Shown here: one piece after another, positions 9,051-17,283 of the stretch
Position numbering within the stretch: the first letter of the stretch is position 1
Layout: each line of letters opens with the position of its first letter
Notes under the pieces: model-generated
Seen by the model: the letters and a program-made list of their open reading frames with translations, nothing else
Databases searched by the model: none
Told to the model about the DNA's origin: nothing
Assembly: GCA_964563005.1 (NCBI GenBank)
Contig: CAZLXE010000007.1
Coordinates: 21,124 to 46,811 of the forward strand
Source: an uncultured Isosphaeraceae bacterium
Lineage (GTDB): Bacteria; Planctomycetota; Phycisphaerae; Phycisphaerales; SM1A02
Length of the DNA: 25,688 nucleotides
Reading direction: 5' to 3'
Program-made: the position numbers and the translations under genes

Positions 9051-10442
9051 TTATGGGTTGATTCCGGACAGCGCATCCATGATTGCCGCGTGCGATCGGA
9101 TGCCCTGATGAAAGCACCGCATCTCAAATTTTTCATTGGGGGAGTGGACGCAGTCATCATCGAGGCCGAAGCCGATAAGGATGGAATCGAAGCCGAGGAT
9201 TTCCTGGAATGAGCCGACGACGGGGATGGATCCACCGGTGCCGATCAAAGCGGGGGCTTTGCCGTAGATGCGTTCGAGTCCTTGGCATGCTCCGGTGAGG
9301 AATGGTGACTCAGTGGGGACGCGAATTGCAGGATTGAGACCGTGGGAATTGATTTCCCAGCGGCAGTCCGGTGGTGTACGCTCTTGGAGAAACTGCTCAA
9401 TTCCGGCGTATACTTTTTGGGGATCCTGTCCGGGCACCATGCGGCAACTCACTTTGGCGGTGGCATGGGAACCGATGACGGTTTTGGCCCCTTCCCCGGT
9501 GTATCCGCCATAGATGCCGTTGATGTCACAGGTGGGCCTGGCCCAGATGCGTTCGAGGGTGGAGTATCCCTTCTCACCAGTCGGGGTTTTCATGCCCGCT
9601 TCGTCGAGGAATACTTTTTCGTCGAAACCCAAAGCCCGCCATGAGGCGAGTTCATCTTCTCCGGGTGGAATAATGCCGTCGTAGAATCCAGGAATCTGAA
9701 TGACGCCATTTTCATCAATCAGTTCGCCCATGACCCGGCAGAGGGCATTGAGGGGATTAACGAGCGAACCGCCGTACATGCCCGAATGGAGATCGCGGGA
9801 AGGGCCATGCAGGGTGATTTCGGTATAGACGAGGCCTCGGAGTTGATAGGTGATGGCGGGAGAGTCGATGTCCCACATGCCGGTGTCGCAGACGATGCAG
9901 ACATCAGCGGCGAGTTCCTTTTTCTTGGCTTCGAGGAAGGGATCCAGACTGGGGCTGCCCGATTCTTCTTCGCCTTCGAGGAGGATTTTAATTCGGAAAG
10001 GGAACTCGCCATGCACCTGATTCCAGGCCCGGAAGGCCTCGACAAAGGTCATCAATTGTCCTTTGTCATCCACGGCACCCCTCGCGACTATTTTCTGGCC
10101 GTGATTCGAGGGAACGATGGATGGCTCAAAGGGCTTACTTTCCCAGAGATCAAGGGGATCGGGGGGCTGGACATCGTAGTGGCCATAGTAGAGGACAGTC
10201 GGTCCTGCGTGTTCTCCGGAATCGGCCATGACCATAGGGTGTCCACTGGTGGGGCAAACGGAGGCCTTGAATCCGATATCGGAGAGTTCTGTCGTCAGCC
10301 AATCTGCTGCCTTTCGCATTTCATCGTTGTAGGCGGAATCGGTGCTGATGCTTCTTATGCGCAACAGATCGCAGAGACGCTGGACAGAATTATCAAGGTT
10401 GGTGTCGATGGATTCCAATACGGGGTCGAGTGGCGTACTCAT
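9051..10442 (-). CDS. M20 family metallopeptidase (dipeptidase/ArgE/DapE/CPG2-like)
   Basis: M20 metal-ligand motifs are present: GHYDVQP, GAVDDKGQ, EGEEESG, plus the C-terminal dimerisation-region pattern. I place the start at ATG 10440–10442 (MSTPLDPVLE...) because a perfect AGGAGG lies 7 nt upstream. The longer track start at 10547 would overlap the upstream small gene. Confidence 0.85.
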   Translation of the reverse strand: MSTPLDPVLESIDTNLDNSVQRLCDLLRIRSISTDSAYNDEMRKAADWLTTELSDIGFKASVCPTSGHPMVMADSGEHAGPTVLYYGHYDVQPPDPLDLWESKPFEPSIVPSNHGQKIVARGAVDDKGQLMTFVEAFRAWNQVHGEFPFRIKILLEGEEESGSPSLDPFLEAKKKELAADVCIVCDTGMWDIDSPAITYQLRGLVYTEITLHGPSRDLHSGMYGGSLVNPLNALCRVMGELIDENGVIQIPGFYDGIIPPGEDELASWRALGFDEKVFLDEAGMKTPTGEKGYSTLERIWARPTCDINGIYGGYTGEGAKTVIGSHATAKVSCRMVPGQDPQKVYAGIEQFLQERTPPDCRWEINSHGLNPAIRVPTESPFLTGACQGLERIYGKAPALIGTGGSIPVVGSFQEILGFDSILIGFGLDDDCVHSPNEKFEMRCFHQGIRSHAAIMDALSGINP

Positions 10443-10506
10443 ATCGTTGCCTCCTGAAGATCGGGAAGCGGGGCATGGTATCAGATTAAAGAGCGATCCC
10501 ATCGAA

Positions 10507-10821
10507 TCAGGTGGTAAAGGCGGAGGCCACCAGATAGAAGAATGCAATCATGCCGACCATTGTTGCGGACATGAAGAGTATCCAGCGCTTCATGATGCGG
10601 GTGTTACGGGTCAATTGAGGTGGTGCGATGACCCGGGGAGCAGGCGGCTTCAGCAATCCCTCCATTTCGGCGTAACTTCGAGCGGGGCGTTGTTTTAGAT
10701 CGCAGCCGCAGCGGGCGCATCGTTCAGCCCTGCCTCCACGGAGGAGCGCACCGTCATAACCACACGCCACACACTGGCGAGTGAAGAGGGTTCGTTTTTT
10801 TGTTTCCAACTGGCCGATCAT
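10507..10821 (-). CDS. Small Zn-ribbon (CxxC...CxxC) protein with a C-terminal TM anchor, unknown function
   Basis: 104-aa ORF with ATG at 10819–10821. It has a CVACG...CARCGC pair of CxxC motifs and a C-terminal hydrophobic segment RWILFMSATMVGMIAFFYLVASAF. No clear SD. It is co-directional with and upstream of the M20 peptidase. Confidence 0.45.
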   Translation of the reverse strand: MIGQLETKKRTLFTRQCVACGYDGALLRGGRAERCARCGCDLKQRPARSYAEMEGLLKPPAPRVIAPPQLTRNTRIMKRWILFMSATMVGMIAFFYLVASAFTT

Positions 10822-10931
10822 GGGGAGTACTATAAAGTACCACCAAATGGCAGGAATCCCAAGGAAAATCCCTGAGATTTAGTCAATTCCTGAACAAGAC
10901 TCTGTCAAAGCGGCTTGCCTATCTTGCCTGA

Positions 10932-11546
10932 ATGACCAAAGTAAAGCATATGCAACAATCTCATTCACTGAATTCTTGGTCCGATCACCTTCGGAAGATT
11001 GCCCAGCCCCATGCTGGAAAAGGAGATACGCTGAGCGCGGGAGTTCTCGATGAGCCGTTTCGACTGGTGGTCTGCGATCAGAAACCCGGATGCAGCCCTC
11101 AGCCGACACCTCAGCGTGAAATTGGTTTGTGGTGGGCCTTGGTTGATAGAGCAGTAGATGTTGATGGTTTATTGGAATCGCCTACGAAAGGTTCTCTTTT
11201 TCAGCAAGGAATGTATAAGGCGATAGAAGTGTGGACGGATGCTGATCTCTGCGGCCTGCACGCTTTGTGGACACTGGCCCGGAAACGGGAGCGTACAGAT
11301 TGGATGAAGAGGGTTGAAGGGGTACGGGACTGGCATCTGGAACATACTCAGCCGGATAATGCAACGAATCGGCCGTGGGCTTTGCATGTGTTTCTGTTGG
11401 GGCAGACCCCGGAATGCAATCATTACGCGGAGACCTTATTGCACAATTGCCTGGCTTTGCGGGGGTTCCCCGATCCGTTGAGTGCGTGGATTCTGATCGA
11501 TGCGGCGAATCGACTGGATACATATCTCGCCGAGTCACCGGTATAA
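10932..11546 (+). CDS. Hypothetical protein (204 aa), no recognisable motif
   Basis: The ORF has ordinary, non-low-complexity amino-acid composition. The overlapping minus-strand ORFs are Arg/Pro-rich junk. Its stop is 12 bp from the stop of the convergent MauE-Trx gene. Confidence 0.5.
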   Translation: MTKVKHMQQSHSLNSWSDHLRKIAQPHAGKGDTLSAGVLDEPFRLVVCDQKPGCSPQPTPQREIGLWWALVDRAVDVDGLLESPTKGSLFQQGMYKAIEVWTDADLCGLHALWTLARKRERTDWMKRVEGVRDWHLEHTQPDNATNRPWALHVFLLGQTPECNHYAETLLHNCLALRGFPDPLSAWILIDAANRLDTYLAESPV

Positions 11547-11558
11547 CGCCCCCTGAAG

Positions 11559-12578
11559 TCAGCGGAAACAGGTGGGATTTTCTGCGTTTTCGGCCTGGGC
11601 GGCGCACACGACGACGCCGTTTTCCAAGGCGAGAACCAGGGGGGGGGTGAGCATCCAATTACAGCCGGGTTCCAATTCAAAATTTTCCACGCAGGTATGG
11701 CAGAAATTCATAAGAAGAGCGGTGTCCGGGTTAAACCCCTTTTTTGTTTCGGGAATGGCGACGAGGGCGGTGGGGTAGGGCGCTTCAAATTCAAAATACT
11801 TTTCCAGCAGGGTCTGGCAATGGTCGCATGATCGACTGAAGAAAATGACATACCGACGGCCCTGGTGGATGTCCCGGGGCCAGCCGTTCATGTAGTGGGG
11901 TAGTTCGAGTTCTTCCCATTTTTTGCCCACCCAGGAGTTGACTTCTTTTTCATAGAAATAGGAAGGAGGAGTCTGGCCGTAGGGAACTGGGGGAGATGTT
12001 TGAGGATTCTCTGCCGTGGCTGCGGTTTCGTGGGGAGTTTGTGGTGCGTTGTCATCACGAGTCGTGGGGGAGATGATCTGGGCAATACTCAGGCCGAATC
12101 CGAGGAGACAGACGATGGTGGCCCCGATGAGGGGATTTCGGGGCAGCATGGCTTTATACGAGGGGGCGGGTTTAAACCCGAGGATTCCCAGTAGCAGAGC
12201 ACCGTCAATGCCCAGCATGACCCAGGGGGAGGGGGAGATGTTTCCCAGGCATCCACAGTGGGCATTGCCTTTCATGATTTCTCCGACCAGGATCAGGCAG
12301 AAACATCCCAGCATGAAGGCGGCCATGCTGCGAGCGAGGCGGGGAAGGAAAACCATGACACCCACGGCGAGGAACTCGAGGCCGATTAATACGGCGAGCA
12401 GCCAATCCAGATTTAAATGGAAGGTGGAAACTGCGGGTTCATAAATTGTTTTGGGGAGGAGCCGGGGATCGCTCTCTACGAGTTTGAAAATTGCCCCAGT
12501 ACCGACCCAGAGGGGGACGATGATGCGACTGAGAGTGAAGGCGATTTTGGCGGCGAGAGGGCCGGAAACGAAGTTCAT
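11559..12578 (-). CDS. MauE/DoxX-like integral membrane domain fused to a thioredoxin-fold domain (CDHC active-site motif)
   Basis: The N-terminal ~150 aa contain four predicted TM helices and the Cys-rich GCFC...CGCLG pattern typical of the MauE/DoxX redox membrane family. The C-terminal domain has FFSRSCDHCQTLL (a thioredoxin-like CxxC) and a second Cys pair CHTC. It contains an in-frame C9 run on the coding strand. Confidence 0.7.
   Translation of the reverse strand: MNFVSGPLAAKIAFTLSRIIVPLWVGTGAIFKLVESDPRLLPKTIYEPAVSTFHLNLDWLLAVLIGLEFLAVGVMVFLPRLARSMAAFMLGCFCLILVGEIMKGNAHCGCLGNISPSPWVMLGIDGALLLGILGFKPAPSYKAMLPRNPLIGATIVCLLGFGLSIAQIISPTTRDDNAPQTPHETAATAENPQTSPPVPYGQTPPSYFYEKEVNSWVGKKWEELELPHYMNGWPRDIHQGRRYVIFFSRSCDHCQTLLEKYFEFEAPYPTALVAIPETKKGFNPDTALLMNFCHTCVENFELEPGCNWMLTPPLVLALENGVVVCAAQAENAENPTCFR
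11639..11647. repeat. Homopolymeric G9/C9 tract inside the MauE-thioredoxin CDS
   Basis: The + strand reads cca-ggggggggg-tga at 11639–11647. On the coding (minus) strand this is ACC CCC CCC CTG, encoding T-P-P-L near the C-terminus. Confidence 0.9.
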
Positions 12579-12695
12579 GGGAATAATCCAGGGGAGTTGA
12601 TAATGTCTGATTCAACGCATCGTGGCGATTCTGTATTGCCGCGTCAAATAGAGTGGATACACTGAAGGGTCGAGAATGATCATCAGGAGTCCGAT

Positions 12696-13244
12696 ATGGA
12701 AATTGAAACGACCATCGCCGAACCGAAAACCACGCTGAAAAAACCTCATCGGGCGATTCTCACTCCTGATGAATTTACGGGATCGTGGTCTGATGCCGAG
12801 GCCGCCGCCCGGGAAGCCGAAGCCCCGGTATTTCTTCCCATCACGCCGTATACCGATGATCGGGGATGGTCGTATATGAATCTTTTAGGAGGAGCGATGA
12901 GCGAGCGGGGACAGATCAACTTCTCAATCCAGTATCCGGGCGTCATCAAGGCGTGGCATCGTCACGACAAACAGTCCGATTTCTGGATCGTCCTCACCGG
13001 GCACCTGAAAGTGGGGGTGTACCGGGAGGCGAACGATACGGCGTGGATGACGGTAATGGGCGAGAAGAAACCGGGGGTGCTGGTGATTCCCCCGCCGCTG
13101 TGGCACGGGGCGGCCTGCGTGGGGCCGACCCCAGCGGGTTTGCTCTACTACATGACGGAACAATTCGATAAGCAGCAGCCAGACGAACATCGGCGGGGTT
13201 GGGACAGTGTGGTCGGATTCCCGTGGGGGGTGGAGAACCGGTAG
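12696..13244 (+). CDS. Cupin-fold protein, RmlC-like (dTDP-sugar epimerase/isomerase-like, WxcM/FdtA-type)
   Basis: ATG at 12696 with AGGAG 8 nt upstream. The motif region KAWHRHDKQSDFWIVLTGHLKVGVY fits the RmlC-like cupin pattern (His/Asp dyad and the strand pattern of sugar epimerases/3,4-ketoisomerases). Assignment to this family is moderate and specificity is unknown. Confidence 0.6.
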   Translation: MEIETTIAEPKTTLKKPHRAILTPDEFTGSWSDAEAAAREAEAPVFLPITPYTDDRGWSYMNLLGGAMSERGQINFSIQYPGVIKAWHRHDKQSDFWIVLTGHLKVGVYREANDTAWMTVMGEKKPGVLVIPPPLWHGAACVGPTPAGLLYYMTEQFDKQQPDEHRRGWDSVVGFPWGVENR

Positions 13245-13262
13245 GGGGGATGGTGGACTCGT

Positions 13263-14450
13263 CTACAGATTTCCCCGTCGTTCCTGCTCGCGCTCCAATG
13301 ACTCAAACAGCGCCTTGAAATTCCCCTTGCCGAAACTCTGGCTGCCCCGGCGACAGATGATTTCAAAGAACAGCGTTGGGCGATCCTGCAGGGGACGCGT
13401 GAACAACTGCAACAGGTATCCCTCTTCATCCGCATCCACGAGAATGCCGAGATCGCGGATTTTTTCGTGGTCTTCCTTCACCTCCCACCCCAACGCCTTC
13501 ACCCGATCCCACACCTCGTTGTAATATTCTTTGGGTACATAGAGGAAGTCCACACCTCGGCGGTGGAGTTCGGCGACGGAGGTGAGTTCATCATCTGTCC
13601 GCAATGCCAGATGCTGCACGCCGGGGGTGTTGTCGTGCCAGTCGAGATATTCCTGAATCTGGCTCTTCCGCTTCCCTTCCGCCGGCTCATTGATGGGCAT
13701 CTTGATCACGCCAAACCCGCTGTCCATCACCTTTGACATCAGAGCGGAATACTCCGTGGAAATATCATTGTCATCGAAATGCTTGAACAACTTGAAGTCC
13801 AGGACATTCTCGTACCACGACACCCAATGATCCATTTTTCCCAGTTCGACATTGCCCACACAGTGATCGACAAATTTCAGGCCGCAGGGGTTCTTGGCGT
13901 TGAAGTCATTCAGGGCGAATCGTTCCACCGGCTGAAACTGCGGGGTAATGGCTTTCCCTTCCCGGACTTGCTTGAGGTCAAAACATCCCGATCGGCTGAC
14001 GAAGGAATGGACGACCCGTCCGAAACACTTGATCCCCGCACTGACGACACTTCCCCCCTCACTCGTTATCTCCACCGGTTCATAGGCCGACTCGCCCCCA
14101 TTCTTCAGCGCCTGTTCGTAGGCCGCGGTGGCATCTTCCACGGTGAAGGCGACATCCTTGACGCCATCACCAAAGCGGCGGACTTCTTTGCTGGCGGGAT
14201 GATCGGGGGTGATTCCGGTGGTGAGGATAAACCTGATGTTTCCCTGGGTGAGCAGGTAGGATGCCTCATCGCGGCTGCCCGTGGTCAGATCGGCGAACTG
14301 GGCTACCTGAAAGCCGAAACAGTGGGCATAGAAATAGGCCGTCTGCTTGGCGTTGCCCACGAAGAAGCGGACATGATCGACATCGATCAGTTTGAGAGGA
14401 TCGGTGGTTTTCTGTCCGGAAGGGATGGGAGTGGTGCTGGCGGTGGTCAT
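13263..14450 (-). CDS. hppD: 4-hydroxyphenylpyruvate dioxygenase
   Basis: 395 aa with the two VOC-fold domains. The highly characteristic C-terminal HPPD signature is present: ...FFEIICRRGSQSFGKGNFKALFESLEREQERRGNL. ATG at 14448–14450. Confidence 0.9.
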   Translation of the reverse strand: MTTASTTPIPSGQKTTDPLKLIDVDHVRFFVGNAKQTAYFYAHCFGFQVAQFADLTTGSRDEASYLLTQGNIRFILTTGITPDHPASKEVRRFGDGVKDVAFTVEDATAAYEQALKNGGESAYEPVEITSEGGSVVSAGIKCFGRVVHSFVSRSGCFDLKQVREGKAITPQFQPVERFALNDFNAKNPCGLKFVDHCVGNVELGKMDHWVSWYENVLDFKLFKHFDDNDISTEYSALMSKVMDSGFGVIKMPINEPAEGKRKSQIQEYLDWHDNTPGVQHLALRTDDELTSVAELHRRGVDFLYVPKEYYNEVWDRVKALGWEVKEDHEKIRDLGILVDADEEGYLLQLFTRPLQDRPTLFFEIICRRGSQSFGKGNFKALFESLEREQERRGNL

Positions 14451-14536
14451 CGCTTGGTGTTTCCTGAGAATAGGTATGAAAGACCCATCATAGGGGAGAT
14501 TGAAGAGGTTTTCTTCCGGGATGGGAGGGACTCCTC

Positions 14537-14692
14537 ATGACTAAGTTGTCCGATTCCGGGGTGTCCGATTTCGGCTCTGCCCGGACTTGTCGGCCCCGCT
14601 CGGACCGCGAATGCTTACCATGCCTCAATTCACCGGGGTCTGTGTTTGTGTTTGTTCCAGAACCCTTAATCCGGGGGAGGAGTTTGTCATGA
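14537..14692 (+). CDS. Possible 51-aa upstream ORF / leader peptide terminating in ATGA overlap with the flotillin start
   Basis: atg at 14537 is preceded by GGAGGG at about 7 nt. It encodes MTKLSDSGVSDFGSARTCRPRSDRECLPCLNSPGSVFVFVPEPLIRGRSLS. Its TGA stop at 14690–14692 overlaps the ATG (14689–14691) of the SPFH gene. It is short, composition is not decisive, and it could be fortuitous. Confidence 0.2.
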   Translation: MTKLSDSGVSDFGSARTCRPRSDRECLPCLNSPGSVFVFVPEPLIRGRSLS

Positions 14693-16257
14693 GTGGTTTA
14701 ATGATTCTTCTCGGCGTCGTACTGGCCATCGTTATTGTTTCCGGAGCGTTTCGACTGGAAAACACCGCCTTTCGTGGGGCGGCAGGGGTCTTCGCCCTGA
14801 TTATTCTGTTGTTCTTTATCACCCTCAGTTCGTTCCGCCATGTGGGACAGAACGAAGTGGGGATCGTGGTGAAGAATCTCGGCAGGCCGTTGCCAGCCGG
14901 GGCGATCATCGCCGTGAACGGCGAGATGGGGCCCCAGGCGAAAATTCTCGGTCCGGGCTGGCATCTCTGGCTCTGGCCGGGTCTGTATGATGTCGAGCAG
15001 GTGCCCATCACTTCCATTCGGGCGGATGAAGTCGGCCTGATCACCGCGGCCGATGGTCAGTCGTTGCCCCAGGGGATGGCGTTTGCCCCGGAGTGGTCGG
15101 AGGATAAATTCGGTGACATGCTGAAAGCGGAATATTATTTAGGGGCCGGGAATGGGAAGAAGGGGCCGCAATCGGCCGTACTCAGCCCGGGCGATTACCG
15201 CATCAACACCCGGCTCTTTCACATCGAGCGGGTTTCGGTGACGAACATCGAGAAGGCCACCGTGGGGGTGATCAAATCCAATGTCGGTATCTCCCCCCCT
15301 GGCTCGGGAGCGGCGCAACTTGTGGACAAGGGGCAGCGGGGCATCTGGCGGACGCCGTACACCCCGCAGAAACTCTACCTCAACACCAAGGCGTACGAAG
15401 TCACCATGGTCTCCACCCGCCAGCAGATCATCCGCTACGGCCTCGGGGGCCAGGCGGAACTGCATGAGATCGAGGTCCGCACCTCCGATGGCTTCACCTT
15501 TCCCGTGGATGTTCGGGTGGAATACCAGATCAATCCCGAGGACGCCCCGCTGGTGGTGGCGGAACTCGGCGATGACAGGGAACAACTGCTCAAGCGGCTT
15601 GCCTCCACGGTGCGGGCGATCTTCCGCAACAACGCAGAGAAGGTGAAAGCCCTCGACTATGTGCAGGATCGCTCCCACCAGGAGGAGGCGACCACCGCCA
15701 CCATTCGCGAAGAAATGGCCAAGGTCGGCGTGACCATTATGGCAGTCCGTATCGGGGCGATCGGGGATGAGCAATCCCTCGGCGAACTTCTCAAGACCCA
15801 GACCGACCGCGAGATCGCCCTCCAAGAGCAGATCACCTTCCAGGAACAGCAGCGGGCCGCGGAACAGCAGAAAGCCCTCTCTCGCACCGAACAGGAAGCC
15901 GAGGAAGAAAAACGCCTTGCCACGGAGGAATACGAAAAGAAAATGGAAGCGGTCCGAGCCGAGCGGGTGGTCGTCGAAGCCAAAGGTGCCGCAGAAGCGA
16001 TCGCCATTCGGGCCAAGGCCCAGGCCGAGGCGTATGCCGTCATCGCCCAGGAGATCGGCCCCGGCAACGCGGCCTTGATCGAACTCCTCAAGATCATCGG
16101 CGAGCAGGGGATCAACATCACGCCGAGAGTGATGATTACTGGTGGCAGTGGGGGAGGCGCCGGGGGTTCGGCTTCAATGGGTACGAATGCTGAGACCACC
16201 GCCCTCATCGGAACCATGCTCGACACGATGATCTCGAAGGAGGAGCCCTCGGAATAG
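14689..16257 (+). CDS. Flotillin-like SPFH/band-7 domain protein (FloT/YuaG-like) with long Glu/Ala-rich coiled-coil
   Basis: I place the start at ATG 14689 (GGAGGAG 7 nt upstream; MSGLMILLGVVLAIVIVSGAF is an N-terminal membrane anchor) rather than the track start at 14587. An SPFH core is followed by the flotillin-type EA-rich repeat region (REIALQEQITFQEQQRAAEQQKALSRTEQEAEEEKRLATEEYEKKMEAVRAERVVVEAKGAAEAIAIRAKAQAEAYA) and a C-terminal GGSGGGAGGS tail. Confidence 0.85.
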   Translation: MSGLMILLGVVLAIVIVSGAFRLENTAFRGAAGVFALIILLFFITLSSFRHVGQNEVGIVVKNLGRPLPAGAIIAVNGEMGPQAKILGPGWHLWLWPGLYDVEQVPITSIRADEVGLITAADGQSLPQGMAFAPEWSEDKFGDMLKAEYYLGAGNGKKGPQSAVLSPGDYRINTRLFHIERVSVTNIEKATVGVIKSNVGISPPGSGAAQLVDKGQRGIWRTPYTPQKLYLNTKAYEVTMVSTRQQIIRYGLGGQAELHEIEVRTSDGFTFPVDVRVEYQINPEDAPLVVAELGDDREQLLKRLASTVRAIFRNNAEKVKALDYVQDRSHQEEATTATIREEMAKVGVTIMAVRIGAIGDEQSLGELLKTQTDREIALQEQITFQEQQRAAEQQKALSRTEQEAEEEKRLATEEYEKKMEAVRAERVVVEAKGAAEAIAIRAKAQAEAYAVIAQEIGPGNAALIELLKIIGEQGINITPRVMITGGSGGGAGGSASMGTNAETTALIGTMLDTMISKEEPSE

Positions 16258-16315
16258 CGATCAGCGGTCAGCCACCCCCAGAAGCCGGAAGAGTTTTTAG
16301 TTCTCAGTCATAAGT

Positions 16316-16358
16316 CCCCGACCCCCGGAAGTTCTCATCCGGGGTTCGGGGGTTTTTT
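16316..16358 (+). terminator. Rho-independent terminator after the flotillin gene
   Basis: CCCCGAcCCCCGG (16316–16328) pairs with CCGGGGtTCGGGGG (16339–16352) across a 10-nt loop, giving two 6-bp G:C stems around one mismatch. TTTTTT follows at 16353–16358, about 60 nt after the stop codon. Confidence 0.7.
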
Positions 16359-16431
16359 ACTGCCAACCCCCGGCCCCCGGTCTGTCACCTGCCACCTCTT
16401 ACCTTCTCCCTCTTACCTATTCCGGGGGTCC

Positions 16432-17265
16432 TCAGGTCCACCCCAACTGATAGAAGATCGTCGTGAAGGCGAGGTCGGCGATGACGATGGAGACGATGGT
16501 CTGCACCACGGTGTCCGTCGTCGCCTTGCCCACGCCTGCTGCTCCGCCCGTGACTTTCAGGCCGTTGTGGCAGGCGAGTCCGGCGAGGATGGTGCCGAAG
16601 ACGGCTGCCTTGAGGAGGCCGGTGAGGAAGTCCATCAGTTGTAATTGGTCGAGGGTGTTGTCGATATACAATTGGCGGGGAACTTCCAGCAGGACCACCG
16701 AGACCACGCCGCCCGCCCCGACCGCCACCACATCGCCGACCACGGTGAGGAGCATCAGGGAAGCGATGGTGGCGAGCACGCGGGGGAGGACGAGGAAGCG
16801 GATGGGGTTGAGGGCGTGGGCTTCGAGGGCTTCGATTTCTTCGCCCACCACCATGGTGCCGATCTCGGCGGCGATGCTCGCCCCGGCGAATCCAGTGAGC
16901 ACGATGGCGGCAATAAGCGGGCCGAGTTCCCGGAAGACAGATTCCGCGACGATGTTGGCGATTTTGTCCGTCTGGCCGAATTCGGTGAGGGTGGGTTCCA
17001 TCTGCAACGCGAGGATGAAACCGATGCAGCCGCACACAAACGCGACGATGGGGGCGGAGCGATAGCCGATGCGGACGGTCTGGGTGATGATGGCAATGCG
17101 GCCGAGGCGCACCTGGCGATGGAGACAGCCCCGGAAGACCCAGGACATCACATCGCGAATCAGCCAGGTCACGCCCCCGATCAGGGCAAAGATGCGCAGC
17201 CAGAGATTGCCCCAGTTGCCGAGGGCGCGGATCATATAGTTTGGTGGAGGAGGAGGATTAGGCAT
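16432..17265 (-). CDS. mlaE: MlaE/YrbE-family ABC transporter permease (phospholipid/ABC-type organic-solvent-resistance permease)
   Basis: 277 aa with the multi-TM MlaE pattern: ...GFILALQMEPTLTEFGQTDKIANIVAESVFRELGPLIAAIVLTGFAGASIAAEIGTMVVGEEIEALEAHALNPIRFLVLPRVLA... A Pro-rich N-terminus MPNPPPPPNYM precedes an alternative ATG at 17235 (MIRALGN...). No SD before either start. No MlaF or MlaD gene is adjacent. Confidence 0.85.
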   Translation of the reverse strand: MPNPPPPPNYMIRALGNWGNLWLRIFALIGGVTWLIRDVMSWVFRGCLHRQVRLGRIAIITQTVRIGYRSAPIVAFVCGCIGFILALQMEPTLTEFGQTDKIANIVAESVFRELGPLIAAIVLTGFAGASIAAEIGTMVVGEEIEALEAHALNPIRFLVLPRVLATIASLMLLTVVGDVVAVGAGGVVSVVLLEVPRQLYIDNTLDQLQLMDFLTGLLKAAVFGTILAGLACHNGLKVTGGAAGVGKATTDTVVQTIVSIVIADLAFTTIFYQLGWT

Positions 17266-17283
17266 GAGGGGGGCACCCTGCTA

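Noticed and set aside
10443-10547. Longer N-terminus of the M20 peptidase (track start at 10547, MHSSIWWPPPLPPDS...)
   Set aside because: The Pro/Trp-rich extension has no SD and would overlap the upstream small gene. A perfect AGGAGG precedes the internal ATG at 10442, where the conserved M20 fold begins.
11182-11680. Minus-strand ORFs 11182..11658 and 11423..11680, plus 11375..11650(+)
   Set aside because: Arg/Pro-rich artefacts. They overlap the more protein-like + strand ORF 10932..11546 and the 3' end of the MauE-Trx gene. The poly-G run at 11639–11647 keeps several frames open here.
14587-14688. Longer flotillin N-terminus (track start at 14587, ...GVCVCVCS...)
   Set aside because: The extension is a translated microrepeat with no SD. 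GGAGGAG precedes the ATG at 14689, which starts a typical hydrophobic membrane anchor.
15139-16226. Minus-strand ORFs 15139..15825 and 15657..16226 inside the flotillin gene
   Set aside because: They are antisense to an ORF with a clear SPFH/flotillin signature. Their composition is low-complexity Ala/Ser/Arg-rich.
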